DNA of 64,000 bases from Octopus bimaculoides (GCF_001194135.2 NC_068998.1:12766279-12830278), one strand, 5' to 3'. Numbered from the stretch's first letter, positions 25,190-37,790 are shown. Notes: a model not told the origin generated them from the sequence alone. A program made the numbers and translations.

Positions 25190-25465
25190 TTTGTGGAAGA
25201 TGAACTTTCAGTGCAAATTATAAAAGAGACTCCTTCTTCAGCCCTTCTTCATTCCCTTGGTCATCAATGTCTTTCCTCCTCTCTTCTTGACTGTGGACTG
25301 TCTTTTCTGCTCTTCTCTTATTGAATCCCTGCTTTCTCAGTTCTGCTTCAGTACCCAGCCTCCAAGTATTTTTAGGGCATCCTCTCTTCCATCACTTTTG
25401 TAGGTGAATGTTTTCCAGAGGGAATGTCTTCCTCTCTCAGGTTTTGATGGCTTTTATTTATTGTC
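25190..25465 (-). mobile_element. RTE-clade LINE 3' fragment
   Basis: The minus-strand translation contains KRGCPKNTWRLGTEAELRKQG, matching the RTE C-terminal KRGRPKxTW...E..L motif. Interrupted by stops. Confidence 0.65.
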
Positions 25466-25550
25466 GANNNNNNNNNNNNNNNNNNNNNNNNNNNNNNNNN
25501 NNNNNNNNNNNNNNNNNNNNNNNNNNNNNNNNNNNNNNNNNNNNNNNNNN

Positions 25551-25620
<70 letters not shown>

Positions 25621-25625
<5 letters not shown>

Positions 25626-25960
25626 GTAAGAATTTCTCCCAGGTGTTACCCATTACAATTCGTCTTGGCCTAACAGCCCTTAAGATTTGCCTTCGGCGAT
25701 TGTTTACTTTGTATGTCCATTCTGTTGTTGTTTGTTGATTTGAAGCCCAAAATCTCCACAAATTTTATATTTATAAAATTTCTAGATGCTGCTGTCTTAT
25801 GACGTTTTCCTATCTTGTCGTTAAAAGCACTGAATAGGGAGTAGTAAAACAGTCGACAACTGATGAGCAAGATATCTTCTTTTGGAATTTGTCCTGTACT
25901 TATCTCTCGTGTGTTTATATATTTTCACTCATTGGTGATGTCCTGTACTTAATGTGTATT
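25621..25960. mobile_element. Probable Penelope-like terminal-repeat remnant
   Basis: Abuts a microsatellite and a gap, and contains CTGATGAG (25860) followed by a short stem and a degenerate GAAT. The family assignment is inferred. Confidence 0.35.
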
Positions 25961-26438
25961 TATATATATACTACTTTTCTATATTTTATCTCCAAGAATA
26001 GGTAATCCATATTAAGTCTGGCCTCTATCCTTTGACCTGTCCAGCATTAGAAGGTCTACAAGGAGCTTGTTCTCCATTAGCTAACTCTCGGGCTCACTGA
26101 GGTACTCAAGCCACCACCCTGTAACGAAGACTAGACCTTATGGTAGATAAATGAAACTCTATTCATATCTTCTAGTGTTTCTGTTATTGCCTATGCCTCA
26201 CTGCTATTGAACAATTCTTTTCAGTGTAAGCTGTAAAATGCAGCATTATAAACCTTCCTGCTTAGCAACTTCAACACCTGACGTAGTCATAGAGATATGT
26301 GGCATGTCTTAAGCATTTTAAATCTGGCAGAGCCAATTCCTTTCTAGATTCAATTTTGAACTGATTTCTTCCAGGGTGAAAATGAGTATGAGAGAGAGAA
26401 CATAAACCAACCAGCACCAGTTGTCAAGGGAAGTGTGT

Positions 26439-26514
<76 letters not shown>

Positions 26515-27231
26515 NNNNNNNNNNNNNNNNNNNNNNNNNNNNNNNNNNNNNNNNNNNNNNNNNNNNNNNNNNNNNNNNNNNNNNNNNNNNNNNNNNNNNN
26601 NNNNNNNNNNNNNNNNNNNNNNNNNNNNNNNNNNNNNNNNNNNNNNNNNNNNNNNNNNNNNNNNNNNNNNNNNNNNNNNNNNNNNNNNNNNNNNNNNNNN
26701 NNNNNNNNNNNNNNNNNNNNNNNNNNNNNNNNNNNNNNNNNNNNNNNNNNNNNNNNNNNNNNNNNNNNNNNNNNNNNNNNNNNNNNNNNNNNNNNNNNNN
26801 NNNNNNNNNNATATATATATATATATAAAACATATAGAAGGCTCTCTCATTAGCCCTCATGAACATGTAGAAGATTTCACGTTGGCCTGTATGCTGACTT
26901 CCAGTTACCACATGAAATTTAGAAGTTAAACAGCAGTATGTACTTTCATACAAAAAACACCTTTCAGTAAGAGCATTAAGAAAGGGCAGATGGCAATTCA
27001 TGTGCTCCCATATGAATTTATCATGTGATTATCACACAGCAGTTCCTAGCTAGTCTAGAGAATGTTGCTTGGTTGTTATCTTAGTATTATGAATAGGCTT
27101 TTCTTTAATAGAATGCAGTTTAGCAGTTATGCTTAATGTAAACCACAGGAACATATGGCATATATTTGTAAATTTCTAGCACACCTTTAGATGGCACCTG
27201 AACAGGGAAGGAGGATAGAAAGATAAAGGAT

Positions 27232-27263
<32 letters not shown>

Positions 27264-28162
27264 ATGTGTAGGAGAGAGAGAGCGGAGAGAGAGAGAGAAG
27301 TAGATAAACACCTACTGGACATTTGTTAAATGCTAATTAATCTACCTACCTTTAACAATATTACATGCACAAACACATTTATGCACACAAACATATTTTC
27401 ACACGTGCACACACACACACACACACACACATACACACACACACACTCTAGAAAGGAAGTCCTATTTTGCATCAGTATATAGCAAGTAGCTAGGCAGAAT
27501 GAATCCAAAGTACCACTACCTTGTCCTGTCTGTCTCTTGCTGACTTTGTCTATCTGTCTGCCTCTCTCTCTCTCTCTATCTATATATATATATACACACA
27601 TACAGAGTTCTTATTTATATATATACATACATACACGTATATATACATAGGAATATATATCATTCAACCTCCTGTAAACATACCAACAAATAAACTTATT
27701 GAGATTTTACTGAGAGACGACATCTACATGGAAAACAATAGTCAAGTGGATATTAACATTTGATGAAGAAGGGAACATTGAGAAGCTAATGAAAAATAAT
27801 GAGACAGTGAGAAGACAATATTAGTCAATAACAATAGTATTTTATTTTTTTTGGCAAATATAGGAAATAACTCAAGACATGTTTTGGTCTTATTACACTG
27901 CCTCAGCAAAGCATAAACTTAATCAGTTTAAACTGAAAGGTTTTATTGTTTTGACAATTCACAGTTTAGAACTTGAGCCCTACCACTGTTAACTCAGTTT
28001 AACATTCCTTTTGAGATAAGAAAAATAAAAACAATTTAATATAGTATTATGATAAGTTATGAAAATGTACATGTTGATGTTGTTGGTTAGCTCTAAATTA
28101 GTCCTATCTTTGACCACAGTGTTTATTTTTCTGTCTTTGTGTATCTTTCATTTTGTTTTTAA

Positions 28163-28382
28163 CCCTTTGGCTTTTAAATCACTCTATCAAATGTAATGCT
28201 TATTTATTTATATTGTTTGGAATTAATCATGCATTACCTCATAACTTTGAGACTACAATGATGTGATTGTTCATTTTTAGAATAACATTATAGGGTAGGT
28301 ATGAGAGGCTGGATCTGGCCAGTTTGAACATAAAGCTGGTAGAATATTTTGGCTGGATATGATTGGTTGAAATGCTTAAGGG
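28163..28382. mobile_element. piggyBac-type MITE
   Basis: TTAA-CCCTT...AAGGG-TTAA ends. A diverged sister copy lies at about 55861-56085. Confidence 0.7.
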
Positions 28383-30978
28383 TTAAGACAGAAGGTTGTA
28401 ACTTGAAGATCTGGCAGCTTTATTGTATTATCTTGAGCAACTTCATTGAGATTCCCACAATGCTTGTTAAAATCCTGTTTTACTATGTCAGCTCTGATTG
28501 AAGAGATTTATGATTGAAGACGTAGCAGTTGTGACATCGAGTCTTTGTGTTTCTAGAACTAGATTTGTCTCTTTGTTTCTTGAGTAGTAGGTTATTATTT
28601 AAAAATAAGTTGGCAACAGTTTCTGATAACTTAGCAACTGCATAGAACTTCTTAGATGTCACAAAAAGATAAAACACTTAGATTTCTCAAGTCGTGATGC
28701 ATATTAGTACCACCCAGGATCAACATCACTAAGCTATCATGATCTGATGAGAACTTGTATGTTCAACATGATATGGTTGTAAACCTAGCTATGATTAAAT
28801 CTTGTTTAATTCCAGGTAAAGATGATATAAAGCTTACCAGCAATATGACGAAGGGCAAACTAGCCATGACCGTTCTATCTTCCAAGACATAATTTATCTC
28901 AGATTACATTTCCCAATACCCCTTTGCTTAGCTGTGACTACCCTGCTTTTTCAAGGTTATAAAGATTACATTTTCTAGTATGTACTTTCTTTATTTAAGA
29001 CAAGATATAATATGAGGAATATTTGGTTGCTATTTCTTTCAGGTTCAGCATTCACATAGACACTTCCTCATTGGTTCATATTACATTTTGCTCATGTATC
29101 ACAAGTTTCTGTGACACACAAGCAGGACCTACCATCTATATGTTTGTGTGTGTTTGTGTTTGTGTGTGTTTGTGTTTGTGTGTATGTCAGTCAGTCTATG
29201 TATGTATGTGTGCACGTATGTATTGCTTTGTTAAAAAAAAAAAATCAAAGTTTTCTTCATTTTCTGCTCATTTGCCTGTCACACTAAACTATTTTTTCCT
29301 GATGTAGGTTGTAAAATATGCATTTTAATTTTAGCTATGAATAGATTCAAGGCCCTGTGTTTTGAGGTGAATACTCCAGTATTTGACTGAAATATTCCAG
29401 TATTTGACTGTAATATTCCAGTCATTGACTATTATTTGCTTGAACTACTATTGGAGTGTCTACATGATTGCTTGACTACTTGCTAAAAGTAAAATGTCTC
29501 TCAAACCACACCTTGCATCAGATAACACAGTCTGGGGATAAGCTATTTCTGGAAAGCGGCCGGAATGCTTTTGATCGTAGGTCAGCTCCAGCAAGGCTGA
29601 CTTCAGAGTGTGTGTGTGTGTGTTAAACAACAAATGGTACTTAATTTATCAATCCCAGAAAGATAAAAGTCAAGGTTGAGATTCTTCTCAGAAAATAAAT
29701 GAAAAGTAGAATAGTCACTCAACTTCCTACAAATAGCTCCAGATCCCTCCTATATCACATCCTACCATCTTACAAAAACAAAAAAAAAAAGATGAAAGGA
29801 AAGGAAAGAAGACAAAGGTTAATGGAGTCCTAGATGCACTGTTTCTGGCGGCCTTGTCTTTTTGATCATTTGTTTGTTCAGTCAGGGCTGACCTGGGGTT
29901 AAATAACAGCATCAGCAAAAGAAGCAGACTAATGCAATAATTTGAGACATGTAATATTGGATACTAATTAATAGGACTAGCATCTCATTATATTAATTAG
30001 ACTATAAGTTAGTGAAATGAAGCTTCATTTCACATGTAATTACAGTTTAATTAAAAAAAAATATAATGAATTTCTAATATGGTCACATGACCACACCACT
30101 TGTTGAGGAAAGAATAGTTGATTAAGTAGACCCTAGTGCTTCACTGGATGTTTATGTATTAGTCCTAAAAGGTTGAAAGGCAAAGTCAAGTAAGGCAGGA
30201 TTTAAACTCAGATCATAAAAGAATGTAACTAAAACCCACAGGTTATTGTGTTTGCTGCTGTTTGCTTGCTACCAATCCACCACCATATGTAGCAATTTAC
30301 GTATGGATATGAGAAATGTAGAATAAACAGGATGTTCTATGAGTGTGTGTGTGGACACTGTTTGTGTTTTCTTGTGTTGACACATTGGTAATTGCAAATG
30401 GATGGCATTGTCATACAGGCAGTGTCATACATTTCCAGTATTCTATGAAAATATGTCCAGCCAGAGGGAGATATATTGCTTGGAAACGGGTGAGTGTTGG
30501 TGTCTCAAAGGGAATTCATCTGTAGAAAACATACCTCAATAAATTCCATCTGACCCATGCAAGCATGGAAAAGGTCGTTAAAACACAGATAATGATAGCA
30601 ATGATATATATTTAAAGATGACAACTGTCACTCACAAGTGAGCATGACTTGGGAGTGTGTACTTGGCTTTTACTAATTGTTTTAGGTGCCTATGTAGTTG
30701 TGTACAGACATAAACATTCCCTCCCTTGACACTCTCTCTCTCTCTTGACCTAGCAGAATATCCACCATGTGACAGCTGGAGAGGGATAGATTTGTATCAG
30801 CACTTGGCTGATAATCATTTCAGTTGAGCAAAATGGAGCAACATGAACTGAATTACATTACTTAAGGATACAACTTATTGCCCACACTAGTCGAAGAATC
30901 AACCCCATGAGCTTAAGATCGGAAGCTCAACACTCAAACCATTGGGGGTCACACCACATATATAGATGTATATTAATA

Positions 30979-31364
30979 CAGTGATACCTCACAGTACAAG
31001 TTTAATTTGTTCCAAGACCAAACTCATCTTACAATTTACTTGTTTTACAAATCAATTTTCCCTGTTGAAATTAACTAAAATATAATTAGTCTATTCCAGC
31101 CCCCCAAAAACTACTCAAAAATCATTTTTCGTAGGTTTTAAAACAGAAAAGGTGTAGCTACAAGTAAAACGACAATTATAAAAAAGAGAATGGTAAAGAA
31201 ATATGTAAACTGGTTTTATTAACTGAATTACCTTAAAGATGGGACAATTTGTGTGCTTGTACTGTGGTTTCCACTCATACTTCAAGACAAAAGTTTGCAC
31301 AAGTCTTGGCTTGTACAGTAAATGACTCGTACAATGGAGCAGTTCGTACTGTGATGTTCTACTG
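30979..31364. mobile_element. Tc1/mariner (Tigger/pogo-like) MITE
   Basis: TA-CAGTGATACCTCACAGTAC ... GTACTGTGATGTTCTACTG-TA, imperfect TIRs with TA flanks. Confidence 0.65.
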
Positions 31365-31808
31365 TATATNNNNNNNNNNNNNNNNNNNNNNNNNNNNNNN
31401 NNNNNNNNNNNNNNNNNNNNNNNNNNNNNNNNNNNNNNNNNNNNNNNNNNNNNNNNNNNNNNNNNNNNNNNNNNNNNNNNNNNNNNNNNNNNNNNNNNNN
31501 NNNNNNNNNNNNNNNNNNNNNNNNNNNNNNNNNNNNNNNNNNNNNNNNNNNNNNNNNNNNNNNNNNNNNNNNNNNNNNNNNNNNNNNNNNNNNNNNNNNN
31601 NNNNNNNNNNNNNNNNNNNNNNNNNNNNNNNNNNNNNNNNNNNNNNNNNNNNNNNNNNNNNNNNNNNNNNNNNNNNNNNNNNNNNNNNNNNNNNNNNNNN
31701 NNNNNNNNNNNNNNNNNNNNNNNNNNNNNNNNNNNNNNNNNNNNNNNNNNNNNNNNNNNNNNNNNNNNNNNNNNNNNNNNNNNNNNNNNNNNNNNNNNNN
31801 NNNNNNNN

Positions 31809-31853
<45 letters not shown>

Positions 31854-32400
31854 ATTGCACAGATATAAGTCCAGTAAATATGGGTAACCTAATAGAATTG
31901 TCAATTTGTCAATATTTAATTGAATAATTTTATATAATTCCTAAACTACGTATGAATTACATGATAATGGAAAGTAAACAGCAGCAATTAAATGAATAGG
32001 CTTCTGTTTATAGACTACAATAATAGCTTTATCTGTGGAAATTAGGAAAGCTCTATTAGCAAACTAGTAATACAAATAATAAAGCAATGGGATAAATTTT
32101 ATGTGTTGAGAAGGAATAGAAGTCTAACATTTTTTGACACTTGTCATTCTTCAGAAAAAGAATATAAGAAATGCTGTTGATAAAGTTTCACAATTGCGAA
32201 CGAGGAAGTGAATAAAGTGGGAGACTGATGTGGAGGAATTTATGTATCAAGTAGAACATGATACAAATAAATGATAGAATTGGACCAGGATTTTGTAGGG
32301 TAAGATGTCAGTGAGAATGGATGAGAGGTGATTGTGGATCAGGTCAAGTGAGGTGAGTGAAGTGACAATGAAATGGTAAGGGGTGAATGGAAGGACACAC

Positions 32401-32439
<39 letters not shown>

Positions 32440-33159
32440 AAAAATAAAACAAAATGGAAAGAGAAAGACAATGGTAAGGACAGCTAACAGAAGAAAGAAA
32501 TCTACAAGATTGATCAGATATGTTATTATTTAACTCCAGGTCAATCCCAATCAAGTCGGTTGTGATCACAGACATTCTAGCTGTGTCTTTTTAAGGGATA
32601 TGTAAGTCTACATTATCTCATGTTTTTCTCTTTTTTTCTTTTGTTTTTAAATGGTGAGGGTGTGACTTGAGTGATATTTGGTTGTTATTTCTAGAAGATT
32701 GAATAACCATATAGAGAGACTCCTTTGTCATTTATGTAGACTTTAGCTGTTGACTATTTTTAGTCATTGTTTACAGCCATTAGCCATTTGTCACTTTACA
32801 GCTGTCATCTAAAAAGACAAATCTTGTTGCAATCCAGTACGTAGACACAGCCTGTTGCAGACAGCTACCTTGATGTTGACTATAAACTTTATGTAGACAT
32901 TATTTGCAGTTGTGAACTTCATTGTAGATACTGCCTGTTACTATTAACTTTTTAGGTACTACCCACTGCTTTAAGATAATATCATATCAACACTTAACAC
33001 TATCCTTACTGTCTTGGCCAGGAATGTCCTTTGCTTATTTCTCTACATGCTTTACTTATTCTTCTGCTTGTGTCACGGCAGGTTTGTTATGCTTCAGAGT
33101 ATAACCAGTGGACTGTATCCATGCCGACTTGCTTAAACTAGTTGTTGGCACTCTGCCAG

Positions 33160-33505
33160 TTGATCCGATCAACGGAACAGCTTACTCGTGAAATTAACGT
33201 GCAAGTGGCTGAGCACTCCACAGACACGTGTACCCTTGACGTAGTTCTCGGGGATACTCAGCGTGACACAGTGAGACAAGGCTGACCCTTTGAATTACAA
33301 GCACAACAAAAACAGGAAGTAAGAGTGAGAGAAAGTTGTGGAGAAAGAGTACAGAAGGGTTCGCCACCATCCCCTGCCGTAGTCTCGTGGAGCTTTAGGT
33401 GTTTTCGCTCAATAAACACTCACAACGCCCGGTCTGGGAATTGAAACCGCGATCCTATGACCACGAGTCTGCTGCCTTAACCACTGGGCCATTGCGCCTC
33501 CACGC
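33160..33505 (-). mobile_element. tRNA-headed SINE, family 4
   Basis: Reverse tRNA-like head near 33430-33505. The core ctcgtgaaattaacgtgcaagtggctgagcactccacagacac is shared in inverse with 35250-35400. Confidence 0.75.
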
Positions 33506-33595
33506 TTAAACTAGTACACTTAACATATTATACGTATGTATATGCTCCATCATGGTCTTGTCTGTGATTGTGAAAACATACTAAAAATCCATATG

Positions 33596-33750
33596 TACGA
33601 GGGGGTGCTGAAAAGTTCCTGGCTTAAGGGTATCACAAAAGACCTGGTTGGAAGCCCAACTATCTGAGTTCTTTTACAGGGCTTAGAAAAACTGAAGGGC
33701 TGCTGCGATAAGTGGTGAATCTGAGAGGAATGTGTTAAATAAAATCATAA
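33596..33750. mobile_element. Mariner-like fragment
   Basis: Begins TA-CGAGGGGGTGCTGAAAAGTTCCTGGC, a typical mariner TIR start. The other end was not seen. Confidence 0.5.
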
Positions 33751-34281
33751 TTAACTGATCCTCCCATGTTTGCTTTTAAGCAAAGTCAAGAACTTTTNNN
33801 NNNNNNNNNGGCACTCCCTCGTACATTTGCATGCACACACACACACACACACACACATTGTGATTAACAAAATTGAAGAAAATGACAAAACGAAGCAGTC
33901 AAATTCCAATAAGATAATACACACGCACATACATGCACAGCACAATCTGTTTCAAGGGTTTGTCTGTTTATATTTCTATTTCCATATTAATATACATAAG
34001 CTCAGTTTTCTGGGTTAATCAAATTATATGTAATCTGAGTGAAATGTAATGGAAGTGGCATCACAAGCAGTCGACTGACTTATAGGGATATCCCTTGGGT
34101 CTGCCTCCTCCATACATTCCCTTCACAATTAGAGATCAGACACCCACATAAACACACATACATGTATGTATATGTATTCTACACTACATATTTCCCTTCT
34201 TAATAGGTAACAACTATATTATTAGCTACAATTAAGGTGGCGAGCTGGCAGAATCACCAGCACTCTGGGTGAAATGCTTAG

Positions 34282-34412
34282 CAATATTTCGGCTGATATA
34301 TCCTCCAGCCTTCATCAGGTGTCTTGGGAAAATTTCGAACCTGGGTTCTCATTCCTAAGGTATTTTTCAATGTTGTTGTTGTTGCTGTTGTTATAATTAT
34401 TATTATTATTAC

Positions 34413-34510
<98 letters not shown>

Positions 34511-34631
34511 TCACTGCCTAGAATCGAACTCGGAATCTTGGGGTTAGTAGCCCACGCTCTTAAGTGGTTAAGAGCGCGGGCTACTAACTCCAAGATTCCG
34601 AGTTCGATTCTAGGCAGTGACCTGAATAATG

Positions 34632-34674
<43 letters not shown>

Positions 34675-34771
34675 TATAACATCGAAAAATACCTTAGGAA
34701 TGAGAACCCAGATTCGAAATTTCCCCCTAGACATCTGATGAAGACTGGAGGGTATATCAGCCGAAATGTTG
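34282..34771. repeat. Head-to-head inverted duplication of a tRNA-headed element with (AAT)n and a hammerhead-like tail
   Basis: Arms 34282-34563 and 34568-34771 with a GTGG spacer. Non-microsatellite parts match closely in reverse complement. Confidence 0.9.
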
Positions 34772-35116
34772 TGTTAACAACAAACATGATGAGGACAAAT
34801 ATCCATCAAATGTAAATAACGTACACTATGATGATATTTTTATTTTTAAACTGAAACTAACAAAGCTTATGCTAATTTAGCTGGATTCTTAGAATTGTAA
34901 GTAAGAAACTCAATGCACAAAATTTTGGACAGCTTGCTTACAACTGTGCATTTGGATTCAATACAGGTCTTTGATGAGAGTTCCACTCCTGGTATTTACT
35001 GCATTAGAGTTTGTTTTAACAGAATATCCACATTTAAGTGGGGATAAATATTACTTCTCAGTTTTTGATTAAGTTTCTGGGTAAACCACTTTATTCTACA
35101 TTATCAGTCTTGGAAG

Positions 35117-35410
35117 GCAAATGGCTTAGTGGTTAAGGGTTCACTATTGTAAGGTCGTGAGTTTGATTCCCAGTGGCATGTTGTATCCTTGAGCAAGGCA
35201 CTTTATTTCACATTGCTACAGTTCATTCAGCTGGCAAAAATGAGTAGTACCTGTATTTCAAAGGGCCAGCCTTGTCATTTTCTGTGTCACAATGAATCTC
35301 CACGAGAACTACATTAAGGTTATGCATGTCTGTGGAGCGCTCAGCCACTTGCATGTTAATTTCTTGAGCAGGCTGTTCTGTTGATTGGATCAACTGGAAT
35401 TCTTGTTGTA
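35117..35410 (+). mobile_element. tRNA-headed SINE with CORE/Meta-like central domain
   Basis: ggcttagtggttaagg...gagtttgattccc head, then gtatccttgagcaaggcactttatttcacattgct core. Confidence 0.75.
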
Positions 35411-36134
35411 ACCAATGAAATACCAGGTACCAGTTTGATGAAGTGTCAGGAATATGAATGCTACCTGTGATAGATTGGCATCTCATTTAGGTGTGGGGTG
35501 GGTATTCAGATTTATCCCTTATCTGCTTCATATCACGAAACCAAAGCCTAAAGACTGTGGTCCTTAAAATCTCTTAGGACTTCATAAAGCATTTGCGTAT
35601 TTTTCATTAAACCAGAATGTTTATGAAGAGTGGCACTTCTAGATCAATGTCGATCTGATACCGAATATCATAAATACTGTATTTGTCACTCTTTGCACTG
35701 ACATCCCAGATTCTTTGAATTTCTTCATGCCATTTTCAAATCTTAGATTTCATTCCCATTAGACTAGTATGCTACTATTTTTCATCAGTTTTTGATACTT
35801 CTAGTGAGCTAAACGCACTTGTGCTTGCACACACACACACACACACATGCACACACACACACACACACACACATGCATACAGACAAGCACAAGCAGTAAC
35901 AAATATTTACACATATACTTACACATTTTATGTTGTTGTATATACAAGTGCTTCACTGTCTGTATTTAACGAACTATAATGACTTATTCTTAGTCCGGTT
36001 CCATTAAATAATAATCTGTTGATACAGTATCCCTGAAAGAAAAAAATAATATTTCCTTCAGTTTAATCAGTTGTTAGCTGCATGAAAACAAAAAGCACAT
36101 GATGAATTCAATAAAGAATCATCTGTTTGTATAG

Positions 36135-36220
36135 TCCCAGATCAGCTTTGATTGAGCTTACCTATAACCAAGGTACTCTTAGCTGTAACCAGCTTTATTT
36201 TGGAGATCTCTTTGTGTCTG
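36135..36220 (+). CDS. Exon F: (S)PRSALIELTYNQGTLSCNQLYFGDLFVS(G)
   Basis: tctgtttgtatag acceptor in phase 2, only one open frame, consensus G|GTGAGT donor (alternative GTGATT donor at 36225). Confidence 0.7.
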
Positions 36221-36408
36221 GTGAGTGATTTGATCTCAGGGTGTGTGTTGAAATTAAAACAATTAATTTACAAGTGTGAGCGACACATGTCAGTCATACA
36301 AAAATGCCAAAAGCTGTTAACTTCACTTAAATGAATGTTTAAATGAAGTTAACAGTTTTTGTGTTTTTGAATAACTTATATGTATCTTCCACACTGTAAA
36401 TGCATCTT

Positions 36409-36446
<38 letters not shown>

Positions 36447-36476
36447 TCTCTAAATCATGGACTTCATTGTCTAAAG

Positions 36477-36747
36477 CAGGGGTTTTCAAACTTTTTGACT
36501 TGCGGACCCCTTTATATTTCAGGCTTTACCCCCTTATAAACGCTTATGAAATTTATACATAAATATTTGCTTAAAATAACATATATTTTTACATTTATTT
36601 ATTTAACAGTATTTAACAAATAGGTTTATTGTCAATTAAAAGATTTCGATTTAAAAAACATATATAAAATCAAATTGCCCATAAAAAGTATTTGCTGTCC
36701 ACGGACCCCCTGTCTTGTCCTTGCGGACCACAGTTTGAAAACCCCTG
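36477..36747. mobile_element. hAT-superfamily MITE, second copy in opposite orientation
   Basis: Same TIRs. TSD GTCTAAAG/GTCTATAG (7/8). 26 bp shorter than the 17803 copy. Confidence 0.9.
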
Positions 36748-37309
36748 GTCTATAGTATCTTGCTTTATTTGAGACAGTAGGATGTAGTTTTAAAGGAGGC
36801 TTGGATACCATTTCTAACAGGTTGAGTGACTGTGTGGTTGCTTCCTTGTTGGAACCATTGGTGGTTGTTAATGTTTTGCTCCAGGTCATCTCTGATGAAG
36901 TAGGCCTATGATCAAAGGTATTCCAACCAGGCCCATCCCATCTTTTCAGATATAGTTTTTCTCACATTATTGAAAGGGACAATGAATTGGTAGAATCATT
37001 AGAGTGTTGGATAAAATATTTGTTCCTGATCTTTATATTATAAGCTCAAATCCTGCTGCAGTCAGCTTCGCCTTTCATCCATTCAAAGTTAATAAAATAA
37101 AGAACCAGTCCAGAGCTGTGAATTGGTGGAATTGTTAGCGCACTGGGCAAAGTCATTATTATCATCATTATTGTTTTAACATCCACTTTACCATGCTTGC
37201 ATGGGTTAGATGGAATTTATTGACTGAGGCAGACTTTCTGTGACCAAATACCCTTCTTGTCACTAACTCTGACTAGTTTTCAAGCAAGGTAATATTTCCC
37301 CATGACCAG

Positions 37310-37354
37310 ATAAACACACCAGCAGTGGTTGTCAAGCAATGTTGGGGGGAAGAA

Positions 37355-37385
<31 letters not shown>

Positions 37386-37790
37386 CACATTCATGCACAC
37401 ACACACACGTGCACGTGCACTCTCACTCATGTACACACACACACACACGTGCGCGTGCACTCTCACTCATGCACACACAAACACACACACACANNNNNNN
37501 NNNNNNNNNNNNNNNNNNNNNNNNNNNNNNNNNNNNNNNNNNNNNNNNNNNNNNNNNNNNNNNNNNNNNNNNNNNNNNNNNNNNNNNNNNNNNNNNNNNN
37601 NNNNNNNNNNNNNNNNNNNNNNNNNNNNNNNNNNNNNNNNNNNNNNNNNNNNNNNNNNNNNNNNNNNNNNNNNNNNNNNNNNNTGGTCAGCCCGAGGTTA
37701 TAGAAAAAGACACTTGCCCAAGGTGTCACGCAGTGGGACTGAACTCGGAGCCATGTGGTCAGGAAGCAAACTTCTTACTGCACAGTCACG
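37310..37790 (-). mobile_element. SINE family 1 copy with expanded CA-rich core and gap
   Basis: Reverse head ...gacacttgcccaaggtgtcacgcagtgggactgaac. Confidence 0.8.

Noticed and set aside
29371-29430. 21-bp unit x3 (also a 33-bp duplication at about 23745-23810)
   Set aside because: Ordinary slippage duplications with no spacers, so not CRISPR-like.
21068-36220. GLKSFYQFGEDD resembling YchF/OLA1 GL.SFFT.GEDE
   Set aside because: The rest of the stitched protein lacks the P-loop and TGS features, so this is probably chance.
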